DNA of 64,000 nucleotides from Arenicella xantha (GCF_003315245.1 NZ_QNRT01000002.1:478206-542205); one strand, 5' to 3'; shown: positions 1 through 10,479, numbered from the stretch's first letter. A program made the numbers and translations. Notes: generated by a model from the sequence alone, not told the origin.

Positions 1-675
1 AACACTGCAAGTGCATCTGTTGCGAGCAATCTTGACTTCATCGATAACCTGCCAGCAGGTTTAGTGATCGCAACGCCGGCAAATGCATTAACATCTTGCA
101 CCGGTGGAACACTCTCCGCTGTCGCAGGAAGTAGCTTAATATCCTATACCGGTGGCACAGTCGCTGCTGGTAATACCTGCAGCCTATCAGTCGATACAGT
201 CTCATCAACCAGCGGCTTGTTCATTAACGTGTCAGGAGATCTCACCTCTTCGATAGGAAACAGCGGGGTAGCGTCAGCCACTCTTACGGTAAGTGATGCC
301 AATCTCAACGACAATGACAACGACTCAATCTTAAACTCGGTCGACAACTGCCCATCTATTCCGAACCCAACTCAAGCGGACTTCGACTCGGATGGACTAG
401 GTGATGCCTGTGATTCAGACGATGATGGTGACGGCATGCCCGATAGCTTTGAACTTGCGAATGGCTTAGACCCCTTCAACTCATTTGACCAGCAAGCCGA
501 CGCGGACGCAGATGGTTTCACGAACCTCGAAGAGTTTAACTTTGGCAGCAATCCCAATATTGCAGATACAGACACTAACAATAATGGCATACCAGACTTG
601 GTTGACCAGCGCCGTAGAAATACTAGCCCATTACCGGCTATCTTATTACTTCTCGATGAACAAACCCCTGATTAG
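1..675 (+). CDS. C-terminal part of a large secreted repeat protein (5' end outside window) with thrombospondin type-3-like Ca-binding Asp-rich repeats, ending in [15 protein letters not shown]
   Basis: Frame 1 is open from base 1 (the listed ORF starts at an internal Met at 64). The DxDxDGxxDxxD-type repeats ([33 protein letters not shown]) resemble TSP3/OmpA-like calcium-binding repeats. The N-terminal part resembles DUF11-type adhesin repeats. The C-terminal motif recurs at the end of the S8 protease at 46453..48417. Confidence 0.6.
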   Translation, partial: NTASASVASNLDFIDNLPAGLVIATPANALTSCTGGTLSAVAGSSLISYTGGTVAAGNTCSLSVDTVSSTSGLFINVSGDLTSSIGNSGVASATLTVSDANLNDNDNDSILNSVDNCPSIPNPTQADFDSDGLGDACDSDDDGDGMPDSFELANGLDPFNSFDQQADADADGFTNLEEFNFGSNPNIADTDTNNNGIPDLVDQRRRNTSPLPAILLLLDEQTPD

Positions 676-687
676 AGCGAGATCAAT

Positions 688-1068
688 ATGTCACATCAAA
701 AACGTACCAATTTGACATCGGACCTAGCGTCTGAAAACTTAAATAATGAGTTATCTGCCACTGAACAAGCTAGAAGAAAACAATTGCTGATGATCGCCGG
801 AGTCGCTGGCGGCACGCTACTGCTGACTGGCTGGGGTAAGCCTATCGTAAATGCCATTGTTTTACCTGCGCATGCCCAGACCAGCATTTGCACCACCGAC
901 ACTGTTGTCGGCGGGCCGCTTGCGGGCAATGCATCCGGTGCCACCTCATGCCAGACTGCCTGTGAGGCAGAAGCCGCAGACCAATCGGCACAGCTATGTC
1001 GAGTCGAAGAATCACTTGACGCAATGAGCGCGACGCAATGCAGTTGTGAGCTTGATCTACCGAATTAG
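688..1068 (+). CDS. Small Cys-rich hypothetical protein with an RRKQLL (Tat-like) N-terminal region followed by a hydrophobic segment
   Basis: 126-aa ORF followed by a strong intrinsic terminator. The N-terminus reads RRKQLLMIAGVAGGTLLL. I recognised no family. Confidence 0.4.
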   Translation: MSHQKRTNLTSDLASENLNNELSATEQARRKQLLMIAGVAGGTLLLTGWGKPIVNAIVLPAHAQTSICTTDTVVGGPLAGNASGATSCQTACEAEAADQSAQLCRVEESLDAMSATQCSCELDLPN

Positions 1069-1107
1069 GAGGCGACTGAAAACCAACGTAATTCAATTAA
1101 TTTGAAA

Positions 1108-1139
1108 ATGCCGCCGTCGTGATACGCGGCATTTTTTTT
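1108..1139 (+). terminator. Rho-independent terminator (7-bp GC stem atgccgc/gcggcat followed by T8)
   Basis: aaaatgccgccgtcgtgatacgcggcattttttttg seen directly downstream of the 688..1068 ORF; it could also serve the convergent minus-strand ORF. Confidence 0.75.
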
Positions 1140-1177
1140 GCAAAGAACTTTTTGCACAAGACTTCGCAACGAGATGA

Positions 1178-1429
1178 CTAATTAGAATGCAGACTCAGCA
1201 TCATTTGAATGCCGTGGCGATCCAGCCCCGCCAAAAGTTTTGATTGCTCAGCACTGAGTTGACCGGAAGCTTGAATATATTTTTCAATCTCGACCGCTAT
1301 CTCTATCGTCGATAAATAGTAGAACGATGGATGTGTTTCGCTCAATTTGGACATGATGTCCAAAACGACACGCTCTTGCTTTGCGCTTTTTAGTTCACTT
1401 TTTTTCTCTTGCATAGGCATATAGTACAC
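1178..1429 (-). CDS. Hypothetical small protein
   Basis: 83-aa ORF with no recognisable motifs. Weak call. Confidence 0.3.
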   Translation of the reverse strand: MYYMPMQEKKSELKSAKQERVVLDIMSKLSETHPSFYYLSTIEIAVEIEKYIQASGQLSAEQSKLLAGLDRHGIQMMLSLHSN

Positions 1430-1939
1430 CTAAGTACGTGAATTTGCCGCTGGCGGCTTGATCCTCTGAACTGAATAGGTAGAATGCCTTTGTGTGCCGT
1501 ATGCCACGTATTTATTGCCCCTATAACAGAGAGGCACGTGACATCAGCGCTCGCTTTGACTAACATCTATTAATACCAAACCACCGTGACAATAAAAATA
1601 AAATTGCGTTGGTGAGGCTATAGCACCATACCAGTGCGACTATAATTTTTGGCTCGTATCAGCCCTAACCCGCGACATCCTCGCTAAGTTAGACCAACTA
1701 GATACAAGCGCAACGACGCGCTTTGAATGTATACGGTAGTTGTATAGTGTCACTAAATTGATTTCTAGCTATTTTAGGAGAGGCGGCATTTGCCATAAAA
1801 ACCTCTTAGCTTGCCAGTCAAGGACACTCACGACGAATATTACGCGGGTCAAGCGTAACCCCCCGATGCAGGCCTGACGCTGGGTCGATGTGTTCTGAGC
1901 CACGATGTTATAACCACCTATAACTAATCGGATTCAAAA

Positions 1940-3091
1940 ATGATTAAACGATATTCTTATGGCAAAGCCTTAAGCATCGCTATATTGGCACTACTCGTTC
2001 ACAGCGCCTCAGCTCAAGAAGTTCAAGACTCAAACACTGCAGGTGCTAGCACTCAGGTCGCGCAAGTCGCGGCTACACAGAGTGCTTCACCGACTCTCGC
2101 ACAATTAAATGCAAATTATCAGCAAGCGGCTAATGCCGAAGATTGGAAGCAAGCCGCAACTATTGCCAACCAAGCTTACCTAGCTGGCAAACAACTCTAC
2201 AGTACAGAAGATCCCTTATTAGCCGATCTTGCGGGCCAACTCGGACATGCCCAACTGCAATTAGGTGATACCGCAAGCATTGACGCCTTAACACAGGCAC
2301 TAGGCATTAAAACCCGCGTGTTTGGCGAAGAGTCTGAAAAGATCTTGCCAAACCTCATGGATTTTGGTGCCTCCCAAGTGTTGGTCGGCAACTTAGATGC
2401 CGCGAAAGACACCTTTAATCGTGCGCTTGATATCGCTGAAGATACATTTGGCAAAGGTTCAACAATGCTCGCCAAATTGAGCTCAGAAGCGGGTAACGCA
2501 TACTTTAATGCTGGTGAGTATCGCCTTGCTTCATCGTACATTTACGACACCTACGATATTTATAAAACCATGTTTGGCGCATTCTCAACAAAAACTGGGG
2601 ATGCCGCCTATCGCGTAGCTAAATTAAAAGAAGCATTGGGCAACTATTCGGGAATGGCTCTGTCGCTCAAACAAGCAGTGGCAACATTCCCAGATCCAAC
2701 CACTCCGGCTAACGACTACGAACGCTCGGTTCATCAAGATTTGGTCATTGCGTACCATGCTTCCGACAAACCTGAAAAAGCAACGCCTCATGTCCTAGCG
2801 CTAGCTCGCACCTCCAAGACCGACACATCAGAACCAACCTTAGTGGTCAAACCTAGCCCATCGTACCGAGGCAGTAAGCTGGACGGTTTCGTAACAATCC
2901 GCTACGACGTAGACCAACAAGGGTTCGTAAAAAATACCCAACTAATTGAAAATGAAGGTAACCGCAAACTGGTTAGCGCGGCCATGAAAGCACTAGATGG
3001 CTACCGTTATATTCCAGTTTTCAAAGACGGCCAAACAATCAGCACCACAGGGTTAGAAACAAAGATCATCTTTAAGTGGGACGACGTCTAA
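1940..3091 (+). CDS. Secreted TPR-like protein with a TonB C-terminal domain
   Basis: Signal peptide MIKRYSYGKALSIAILALLVHSASAQ. The C-terminal ~90 aa (VVKPSPSYRGSKLDGFVTIRYDVDQQGFVKNTQLIENEGNRKL…) matches the TonB_C fold pattern. Confidence 0.6.
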   Translation: MIKRYSYGKALSIAILALLVHSASAQEVQDSNTAGASTQVAQVAATQSASPTLAQLNANYQQAANAEDWKQAATIANQAYLAGKQLYSTEDPLLADLAGQLGHAQLQLGDTASIDALTQALGIKTRVFGEESEKILPNLMDFGASQVLVGNLDAAKDTFNRALDIAEDTFGKGSTMLAKLSSEAGNAYFNAGEYRLASSYIYDTYDIYKTMFGAFSTKTGDAAYRVAKLKEALGNYSGMALSLKQAVATFPDPTTPANDYERSVHQDLVIAYHASDKPEKATPHVLALARTSKTDTSEPTLVVKPSPSYRGSKLDGFVTIRYDVDQQGFVKNTQLIENEGNRKLVSAAMKALDGYRYIPVFKDGQTISTTGLETKIIFKWDDV

Positions 3092-3117
3092 CAGCGCAAC
3101 TGAGCTTGCTCAGCAGT

Positions 3118-3777
3118 TCACTCCGCTTCGTCACCTTGCGGCGACGCTGTTAACTTAGTTCGCGCCTTAGCCCAAGGGTCTACGGTGCCTGTTTCGGCAG
3201 GGGGAACCGTGTCGGCGCTACTTACGCGCTCTGCGGTGACATACTCCTCGGCAGTTTCAACGTTAGCATCCATCTCGGTCTGCTCATCAAGCGCCGTAAC
3301 ATCGACGCCACTCCCTGCCGACTCCGACTGCGTGGCTCGTCTACTTACTGGTTGATGAGCCGGCGTTGAAGCCTGCTTACTCTTGGTTTGGGTCGCTAAA
3401 ACCTGACGCTTGCTAGGAAACACGGGGCCGCTCGCAGGGTCATCGAAAAACTCAGCATCATCCACCGTTAAAACCGCAGGCTCACCTCTTCCAGCCGACA
3501 TATCGATTGTTCGCTCGCGTGGTGGCAAAGTATGCTCTTCATCGCTAGGTCGAGGGTACTGACAATATTGATACAAGTAGAATGCTTCAACTCGCTGCCT
3601 CGCCCAAGGCGTTTTGCGTAAGAACGTCAAGCTAGACTTGATACTGGGATAGCTGGTGAAACAATTGATATTAATCTGGCCCGCCAAGACATCCCAGCCA
3701 TAATGATCAACCAGCTCGGTTAGCAAGGCGTTAAGCTTGATACCATTTAAAGGATGATTTTGTAGATGACTTTTCAT
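3118..3777 (-). CDS. DUF2132 (VF530-like) domain protein with a long acidic low-complexity C-terminal tail
   Basis: The internal Met [40 protein letters not shown]…[10 protein letters not shown] resembles the VF530/DUF2132 four-helix domain. The longer listed ORF (to 4005) overlaps the start of the convergent gene and is unlikely. Confidence 0.4.
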   Translation of the reverse strand: MKSHLQNHPLNGIKLNALLTELVDHYGWDVLAGQININCFTSYPSIKSSLTFLRKTPWARQRVEAFYLYQYCQYPRPSDEEHTLPPRERTIDMSAGRGEPAVLTVDDAEFFDDPASGPVFPSKRQVLATQTKSKQASTPAHQPVSRRATQSESAGSGVDVTALDEQTEMDANVETAEEYVTAERVSSADTVPPAETGTVDPWAKARTKLTASPQGDEAE

Positions 3778-4026
3778 GGGCGCTAGCCTACCACGGGATT
3801 TGCTTAAACGCACCTGTATTGCTAGCTGTCTCGGCAAATCAGCGAGCAAATACACAAGCCAATCTACCCGCCCCAAACCCTCAACGCAAGACCTTAGACC
3901 TGCAATACTAATTGCGCTACGACTATATACAGCCTCGCACCTCGTGACCGACACAGTGCTATCATAGCAGGCAACAAAGCGCGAAATAGTTGCACAAAAA
4001 ACCAATATCCAGAGAAGATATCAGCA

Positions 4027-5102
4027 TGAAAATAATAAGAAGAAGTCTTTTAGGGCTATTCACAGCACTCATTCTAATCTGGTTAGCGACAATCCTAGCG
4101 CTGCAATTTGAACACCATGAATACACTCCAGTCAGTCAAGAGCAGCGCGATCAAGCGTCGCACTACTTAGCAAACAAGATCACACCAATACCCTCCGACT
4201 GGCAATGGGAATCGTTTGAGGCTGAACCTGGCGTTATACTTAGAACCGGCATACTTGATGTCGCGAACGCCAAAGGAACCGTGGTTTTCGTACCTGGATT
4301 TACCGGCTCCATCGACATGTCCATGAGCACCATTACCCAGCTCTCGCAAAATGGTTACCGCGTGGCCGCCATTGAGTATCGCGGCCAAGGCAAGTCGTAT
4401 CGTCCACTCGCGCACCCAGAAAAAGGTTACGTCCAAGACTATCAATTACTGGCCAACGATTTAGCCAAATTCGCACGTCATGTAAAACGCAACAACGAAC
4501 CGCTGTATTTCTTCTCAATCTCCAAAGGCGCCCACCTCACCATGCGCATGGCAGCCGAATTCGACGTCGACGCAAGCGCCTATGCGCTTGTCGTACCGAT
4601 GATTAAAATCAATACCGGCAACACGGATTACCAATGGGTAGAGCGCAGCGCGAACGCACTGAATGCGATTGGTTTAGGCAAAATGTACGCGCCAGGACAA
4701 GCGCAATGGCCTCCCCTACCATTAAAGTTTGGCGAAGCGAATGAATGCAACAGCAATCCCGACACAGCCCAACTTCAAAGCGCTATGTTTGCCCTCGATG
4801 AATCGTTGCGAGTGCGTGGCACCACAGTTAAATGGCTAATAGAAACGATTCACTCGAGCCATTTACTAATGTCCGACGGATTTATGCACGCACTGACGCA
4901 ACCGGTAAAGATTTTCACCGCTGGGGACGACCGCCTAGTCGATACCGATGCAGCCCAGCAGTTTTGCTCATCGCTAACGCAATGCGAAGTGCAACACTAT
5001 CCTGACGCGCGACACTGTATCAACAGAGAAGATCCAGAACGAATGCACGCTATTGTTGATGCCGCGGTTACACATTTTGAGTCAGCCAACAAACGGGCAT
5101 GA
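4027..5102 (+). CDS. Membrane-anchored alpha/beta-hydrolase (lysophospholipase-like)
   Basis: N-terminal TM segment (LLGLFTALILIWLATILAL). GTVVFVPGFTGS…YRGQGKS is an alpha/beta-hydrolase signature. I chose the start at the Met preceded by gagaag. Confidence 0.65.
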
Positions 5103-5219
5103 AATCGAGTTGTGTTGTACATTGAGATTTACATCGCACTACTCGAAAACAGTAGCCATACGCAAACAACACATTTGAGAATGCATTGTCAGAGCTTGAA
5201 CATGACCCTTAGCTTAACG

Positions 5220-5765
5220 CTACGGCTTGTAAGGGTCATCTGCTAATAGATAGGCAATCACCTCAGACCGCTCATCCATCTTGTCGATCTTTGCTCGAAA
5301 CGCCTTAATATCGGCGTAATGCTCGCCAAAACGCTTAGCGTATAATCCATCCAAAATATCAGCGGACTCCTTTGAGCGCACGTCGCTTTGCCAGTGATCG
5401 GTAAATATCTCATTCAATCGTCCGGCCAAGCCCTGCTCCTTGAGCAACGCCCACTCGCCTTTATCAAGCCAAACAGCATTAATATGCGGGCTCAAATCGA
5501 GTCGATGCTCGGTTTCTTTGGCTATCCGATACTTTGTCATCAAACGCCCAGTCTTCGGACATAACAGCGCTCGTTCAGTCTCTTGGATTTCAACCTTAGT
5601 CGAAGTATCGCTTATAAATAGCGCATTTTCATTAGCGTCCTGCCACCGTAAATAGTCACCAAGCATGACCAAATTACCGCCACAATCAGTACAAGTATGG
5701 CAAGGAAACAAACCTTCCAGATAAGCCGGAATCAATAATCCAGACTCACAAGCAGTACATTTCAT
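5220..5765 (-). CDS. Zinc-ribbon domain protein
   Basis: N-terminal CxxC…CxxC…CxxC cluster (MKCTACESG…CHTCTDCGG). Family unknown. Confidence 0.45.
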   Translation of the reverse strand: MKCTACESGLLIPAYLEGLFPCHTCTDCGGNLVMLGDYLRWQDANENALFISDTSTKVEIQETERALLCPKTGRLMTKYRIAKETEHRLDLSPHINAVWLDKGEWALLKEQGLAGRLNEIFTDHWQSDVRSKESADILDGLYAKRFGEHYADIKAFRAKIDKMDERSEVIAYLLADDPYKP

Positions 5766-5866
5766 CGTCAGTCACCTCCGTTAGAAAATTATTTTCACTT
5801 ATATCAACATAGCATAAGGTGTTGTCATCATTGAATATTTTGTTACTAGAGCCTCAGCAAAAATCC

Positions 5867-5923
5867 TTACATGTAATTTATATTTGACAAACTTACATGT
5901 AATAGTATAAATTTCTTACATGA
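5867..5923 (+). promoter_or_regulatory. Consensus sigma70 promoter (TTGACA-N16-TATAAA) carrying two perfect palindromes TTACATGTAA plus a half-site over the start codon
   Basis: TTACATGTAA sits at 5867-5876 and 5893-5902 and is its own reverse complement. TTGACA is at 5884-5889 and TATAAA at 5906-5911. TTACATGA at 5916-5923 overlaps the ATG at 5920. This is the classic layout of a repressor operator inside a promoter spacer. Confidence 0.5.
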
Positions 5924-6546
5924 CGAAAAAATCATCCGCAGAATACCAAAGAGAATATCGCCGACGGTTGCGCGAACAAGGCTTGGTTAAGAAAGAGGTT
6001 TGGGTACTTCCTGACAACAGCAAGCAGTTAAGTGCTTTTGAGCAGGAACTACGTAAACCACAACTCAATCACACCGCAGGGTTAACGACAGGAGAGAGCC
6101 ATATGAATGAAAAAGCTGCACACCGCTGGACCACTGAGAGTTTATTCACCGCACTGAAAGAGCGCCCAGCGTTTAGCAACGGTAGCTGTTCGATAGAAAT
6201 CATTGACGGCATTGACTCATCAATTGTGATTTTAATGCATCAATATGGCGACCTTCCGATCTTCATTACCGCTGGCGGCGAGCAAATCTTAGCAGAGGCG
6301 GTACTCTTCTCAGTTAACGATGTCGCCGATACCAGCAAATTTAACGAATATGTATTGCGCACACACAAGTACCTTCCACTGTCGACCATCAGCATTGAGA
6401 CAGACTTGGAACATGGCGATTACTACCACATGTTTGGCGCGCTGAGCTCGTCATCGAGTATCAACGCGGTAGTTCTTGAAGTAGAAACACTAGCCGAAAA
6501 CGTGATCCAAGCAACAGAAGCTTTCAAAGCATTTTTAACAGTTTAA
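5920..6546 (+). CDS. YbjN/DUF2170-like (E. coli YjfI-like) protein; the alternative internal start at 6103 has a strong SD (GGAGAGAG)
   Basis: The C-terminal 147 aa (from MNEKAAHRW…) have the size and hydrophobic pattern of YbjN/DUF2170-family proteins, which precede the PspA homologue yjfJ in E. coli. The 61-aa basic N-terminal extension (EYQREYRRRLREQGL) is in frame. If the promoter above is used, the long form would be leaderless. Confidence 0.4.
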   Translation: MTKKSSAEYQREYRRRLREQGLVKKEVWVLPDNSKQLSAFEQELRKPQLNHTAGLTTGESHMNEKAAHRWTTESLFTALKERPAFSNGSCSIEIIDGIDSSIVILMHQYGDLPIFITAGGEQILAEAVLFSVNDVADTSKFNEYVLRTHKYLPLSTISIETDLEHGDYYHMFGALSSSSSINAVVLEVETLAENVIQATEAFKAFLTV

Positions 6547-6589
6547 CCGGCCAGGAACGGCCACCATTAATATAAACACCGGAGATAAC

Positions 6590-7279
6590 ATGAACATTTG
6601 GTCCAAGATGATAACCGCATTACGTGGCGGCGTTAATGAAGCAGGCGAAGCCGTGATTGACGCTCAGGCGTTGCGCATACTTGATCAAGAGATAAGAGAT
6701 GCCTCTGAAGAGCTGAATAAGTCCAAAGACGGTCTCGCATCAATCATCGCACAACAAAAATTGGCTGAGGAAAAGGTCAATACGATCAAAGCGGACATCA
6801 AAAAGAACGAAGGCTTTATTCTTGCCGCATTAGAAAAAAAGGATGAATCATTAGCACAAGAGCTAGCGGTAAGAGTTGCCAACTTCGAAAACCAACTCGA
6901 GAGTGAAACCGAGGCTGCCAAAACGTTTAAACTACAAGCGGACAACTTGCGTGAATCGATCCGAACCGCCGACTCGCAGATAAAGCAACTCAAGCAGCAG
7001 ACCGAAACCGTTAAAGCCACCGAAGCCGTACAGCGTGCGCAAAAAGTAGTCGCCGAACGGCACAGCGGCAGCAACTCAAAGCTACGTACTGCGCTGGATT
7101 CTCTCGATAGAATCCATGAAAACCAGAAGTTAAGCGCCGCAAAAATGGCCGCCGCCACCGAGTTGGCACAAGAGTCTGGTGAATCGTCACTAGATCAAAA
7201 GCTGCGCGATGCTGGCATTACCGGCGCATCGAAAGCCGATGACGTACTGGCACGCATGAAAGCCAAAACAAAGAAGTAA
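6590..7279 (+). CDS. PspA/IM30 (phage-shock protein A / Vipp1) family protein
   Basis: 229-aa all-helical protein. MNIWSKMITALRGGVNEAGEAV…LRILDQEIRDA is the characteristic PspA N-terminus, with coiled-coil heptads throughout. Good RBS ggagataac. Confidence 0.8.
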   Translation: MNIWSKMITALRGGVNEAGEAVIDAQALRILDQEIRDASEELNKSKDGLASIIAQQKLAEEKVNTIKADIKKNEGFILAALEKKDESLAQELAVRVANFENQLESETEAAKTFKLQADNLRESIRTADSQIKQLKQQTETVKATEAVQRAQKVVAERHSGSNSKLRTALDSLDRIHENQKLSAAKMAAATELAQESGESSLDQKLRDAGITGASKADDVLARMKAKTKK

Positions 7280-7496
7280 ATGCACCATTTATGGGTTCCA
7301 GCCCCTATTCAGGAGAGTCCGCGACGCAGGAGCAAACGCAGGGCTGGGATCTGTAAAACTCGCAAGGACACAGGCCAAGTTTAAATGCGATAATCGCCTC
7401 GAAGCATTAGCCGAACACTCAAAACGAGCGTTTAACCAGAAGTCACTAATAATAAATCACTTCGCCATCGAATGGCGATAACTAGAGGGAGTCTGC

Positions 7497-8180
7497 ATGT
7501 TCGCTATATTTCTGCATGAAAGCATGAACCCATTCCATCAAACGGTGACATCATTTCCAACTGTGATTTACACCATCTTATTGATTATTTGCGCTATCTA
7601 TTGGTTAGTTGCAGTAATGGGGCTTGTTGAAATTGACATCCTTGACTTTGATTTAGACGGCGACATTGACGCTGCCGACTCAACATCACTGCAAGAAGGA
7701 ATCGCTGGCATTTTGCATCGAATCGGCCTGGCTGGCGTGCCACTTACCGTGGTGTTAACAATCATCGCCTGCATCGGCTGGTTACTGTGTTACTACACGA
7801 CCTATTTTATTCGACCGCTACTACCCGATGTGACCCTAATTAGGCTAGCCCTTGGCCTTGTCACCTTTGTGGTCGCCACCTACATCACGGTTCTGACCAC
7901 TGCGCAAATACTTAAGCCGATACGTAGCCTATTTCAACGACTCGACTACGACGAGACCAAATACATTCTCGGACAAACGGTGGTTGTTCGATCATCCATC
8001 GTCAACCGAGACCGAGGAGAAGCCGAGTTAAACGATGGTGGCGCAGGATTACTGCTTAATGTCAGAGCCACTGGAGATGAACAATTCACTAAAGGTCAGG
8101 AAGTGGTTGTCATTGAACAACTCGAAGACCAAAACCTATTTCGGGTTGTTGCCAAAGCAGAATTTGGCTCAACCGAATAA
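7497..8180 (+). CDS. YqiJ/NfeD-like inner-membrane protein (C-terminal OB-fold NfeD domain)
   Basis: Several TM helices followed by a C-terminal beta-rich segment (LGQTVVVRSSIVNRDRGEAELNDGGAGLLLNVRATG…VVVIEQLEDQNLFRVV) typical of short NfeD partners of flotillins. It sits immediately upstream of the flotillin gene, as in yqiJK/yuaFG. Confidence 0.6.
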   Translation: MFAIFLHESMNPFHQTVTSFPTVIYTILLIICAIYWLVAVMGLVEIDILDFDLDGDIDAADSTSLQEGIAGILHRIGLAGVPLTVVLTIIACIGWLLCYYTTYFIRPLLPDVTLIRLALGLVTFVVATYITVLTTAQILKPIRSLFQRLDYDETKYILGQTVVVRSSIVNRDRGEAELNDGGAGLLLNVRATGDEQFTKGQEVVVIEQLEDQNLFRVVAKAEFGSTE

Positions 8181-8212
8181 ACCTATTTAACTTTTTCTAT
8201 AAGGAGACAATT

Positions 8213-10075
8213 ATGGCTGATCTATCTGGATGGATACCTATCGCATCTATTGTGGGCTTCATTGCGTTTGTGCTTTTCATCGCGTTACCCATTGTACTGA
8301 AAAAATTCTACATCAAAGTAGAACAAGGAACCGCCTTGATCATTAATACCCTGCGTGCCAAACCACGCGTCACCTTTACCGGTGGCATGGTATTGCCGAT
8401 CATTCACATGAAAGAGTTGATGAAAATTTCACTCATCACGCTCGAAGTGGATCGACGCGGTAAAGACGGCCTTATCTGTAAAGATAATATGCGAGCTGAC
8501 ATCACCGTGGCGTTCTATTTGCGTGTTAACGAAACTGAACAAGACGTGTTACGCGTCGCTAAAGCAGTGGGAACTCAACGCGCCTCTGACAACCAAGCGG
8601 TTTACACCTTGTTCGCCGCCAAATTCAGTGAAGCTTTAAAAACCGTTGGCAAGAAAGTTGACTTCGAGGAACTATTCGAAGACCGACAACGCTTTCGCGA
8701 TGCGATTGTTGAAGCCATTGGCCGCGATTTAAACGGCTATTCACTCGAAGACGTGGCCATTGATTACTTGGAACAAACGCCTAAGTCTGCGCTCGACCCG
8801 AACAACATTCTAGACTCTCAAGGCATCAAGAAGATTACCGAGCTCACTGCCAAACAAAACATTCAAACCAACATCTTCGAGAAAGATGAAGAGCTCGCTA
8901 TCACCAAGAAAAATGTCGAAGCTCGTGAAGCGATGCTAGAACTCGAACGTCAACAAGCCGACGCCGAAGCCAAGCAAGCTCGCGAAGTAGCCAGCGTGAT
9001 TGCTCGTGAAGAAGCCGAAACACTTAAGATTCAAGAAGAAGAACGCCTTAAGTCCGAAACCGCTTCTATCGAAGTAGTGAGAGATCTGGCCATACAGTCT
9101 GAGAATCAACAACGCGAAATCGAGATCGCCAATGAAAATCGCCAACGCGCGGTAGCTATCGAGACTGAAAAGGTCGAGCGTACTAAGCGCATGGAACGTG
9201 TGCACAGTGACCGCGAAGTGGAACTAACGCGCATTGAAGCCGACAAAGAAGTAGAGCGTGAGAAAAAGAACATCGCCGACATTATTCGCGAGCGCGTTGC
9301 TGTCGACAAAACCGTCGCCATCGAAGAAGAGAAGATCAACGAAGTTCGCGAAGTATCCGAAGCCGACCGTCTTAAGCAAATTCAAGTTAAAGGTGCTGAA
9401 GCAGTTGCTGAAGAACAAAAAGTCAAAGAGGTCAAAGCTGCCGAAGCCGCTGAAATCGCCGCGAAGCATAAAGCAACCGAAGTAACCACACTAGCTGAAG
9501 CTAACCTCGAAGCGGCCGAGAAAGACGCTGCTGCCAAGATCAAGCTCGCCGAGGCCACCAAAGCTCAACAAGCAGCGGCTGGCTTAGCCGAAGCCGAAGT
9601 GATCCGTGCCATGGGCCAATCAGAAGCCGAAGTCATTCGACAAAAAGGGGAATCAGAAGCCGATGCCGAGCTCAAAGTAGGTTCATCTAAAGCCGACGTA
9701 ACGCTGAGACAGTTCCGCGCCGAAGCCGAAGGTCTTACTGAGAAGTTCGAAGCCATGAACAGTATGAGTCCAGATGCACGCTCGCACGAGGAGTTCCGTA
9801 TGACGCTTGAGACAGCTCTAAAAGAGACCTTGGCCTCAATCGAAGCCGGCAAACTAATCTCTAAAGAGAATGCAGAAGTGCTCGCCACGGCGCTGCGCGA
9901 AGCGAAGATTGACATCGTCGGCGGCGAAGAGCATTTCTTTGACACATTCGCTAAATCACTGTCTATGGGTAAGGCTATCGACGGCTTGGCCAACAAGAGC
10001 GAGACCATTCAAGGCTTGCTAGGTCAGTTGTCGCACTTTATCCCCACTAAAGACGACAGCAAGTCAGCCAGCTAA
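8213..10075 (+). CDS. Flotillin-like SPFH/band-7 protein (YqiK/FloT-like)
   Basis: N-terminal TM anchor, SPFH domain, then ~350 aa of EA-rich coiled coil (AEAKQAREVA… AEAEVIRAMGQSEAEVIRQKGESEA). Strong RBS aaggaga. Confidence 0.8.
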   Translation: MADLSGWIPIASIVGFIAFVLFIALPIVLKKFYIKVEQGTALIINTLRAKPRVTFTGGMVLPIIHMKELMKISLITLEVDRRGKDGLICKDNMRADITVAFYLRVNETEQDVLRVAKAVGTQRASDNQAVYTLFAAKFSEALKTVGKKVDFEELFEDRQRFRDAIVEAIGRDLNGYSLEDVAIDYLEQTPKSALDPNNILDSQGIKKITELTAKQNIQTNIFEKDEELAITKKNVEAREAMLELERQQADAEAKQAREVASVIAREEAETLKIQEEERLKSETASIEVVRDLAIQSENQQREIEIANENRQRAVAIETEKVERTKRMERVHSDREVELTRIEADKEVEREKKNIADIIRERVAVDKTVAIEEEKINEVREVSEADRLKQIQVKGAEAVAEEQKVKEVKAAEAAEIAAKHKATEVTTLAEANLEAAEKDAAAKIKLAEATKAQQAAAGLAEAEVIRAMGQSEAEVIRQKGESEADAELKVGSSKADVTLRQFRAEAEGLTEKFEAMNSMSPDARSHEEFRMTLETALKETLASIEAGKLISKENAEVLATALREAKIDIVGGEEHFFDTFAKSLSMGKAIDGLANKSETIQGLLGQLSHFIPTKDDSKSAS

Positions 10076-10087
10076 GCACGAGCTGAC

Positions 10088-10113
10088 GGGGCAGCGCACA
10101 CTTATGCGCTGCC
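10088..10113 (+). terminator. 9-bp GC-rich stem-loop (gggcagcgc…gcgctgccc) after the flotillin gene; possible terminator or attenuator
   Basis: Perfect 9-bp stem seen in sequence. The downstream T-run is interrupted, so this may be only a partial terminator. Confidence 0.45.
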
Positions 10114-10167
10114 CTACTCTGGTGATTCTTATAAATCTCAGGATCACGCCCAATCGACCCGCCACCG

Positions 10168-10419
10168 ATGGTGATTTTTATGACTAAGTCCTACGACTAT
10201 ATTGAAATGGCATTTCGTTCAATCGAGTGCTTCTCCAAAGACGGAAAACTCAAGGCACACGAACTAGGTCAGGTCCTCGCTATTGCGGAGCGTGACGGAA
10301 CCATCGATCAGAATGAAATTCGCGTCTTGAGAAAAATTATTGGCAAAATAAAACCGTCTGAAGTGGACCGCGCGATGCGTGACAAACTTCAGGAAATATC
10401 AAATAAAATCAATAATTAA
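10168..10419 (+). CDS. Small TerB-like (tellurite-resistance TerB / DjlA N-domain-like) protein; tentative
   Basis: 83 aa. DGKLKAHELGQVLAIAERDGTIDQNEIRVLRKII resembles the TerB helical repeat (DG.i…E…l). A shorter start is possible at 10183. Confidence 0.3.
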   Translation: MVIFMTKSYDYIEMAFRSIECFSKDGKLKAHELGQVLAIAERDGTIDQNEIRVLRKIIGKIKPSEVDRAMRDKLQEISNKINN

Positions 10420-10479
10420 GCGCAACAACCCTCCAGTTACGCACTCAATTCCATGCGACCCCAATCATAAACGGACGAT

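Noticed and set aside
625-672. [10 protein letters not shown] tail as a VPLPA-CTERM/PEP-CTERM exosortase signal
   Set aside because: Those signals consist of the motif plus a full transmembrane helix and a basic cluster. Here the hydrophobic run is 5-6 residues and is followed by acidic residues, so the resemblance is only superficial.
3118-4005. Long form of the DUF2132-like ORF starting at 4005
   Set aside because: It would overlap the start of the convergent alpha/beta-hydrolase gene by >15 bp and adds 76 residues of non-descript sequence. The internal Met at 3777 begins exactly where the domain-like sequence starts.
6685-10008. Antisense ORFs inside the pspA-like and flotillin genes (6685..7158, 8936..9205, 9106..9339, 9224..9469, 9565..10008)
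   Set aside because: These are shadow ORFs on the strand opposite to strongly supported coding regions. Their compositions (Ser/Ala/Phe-rich) are mirror images of the coiled-coil EA-rich sense frames.
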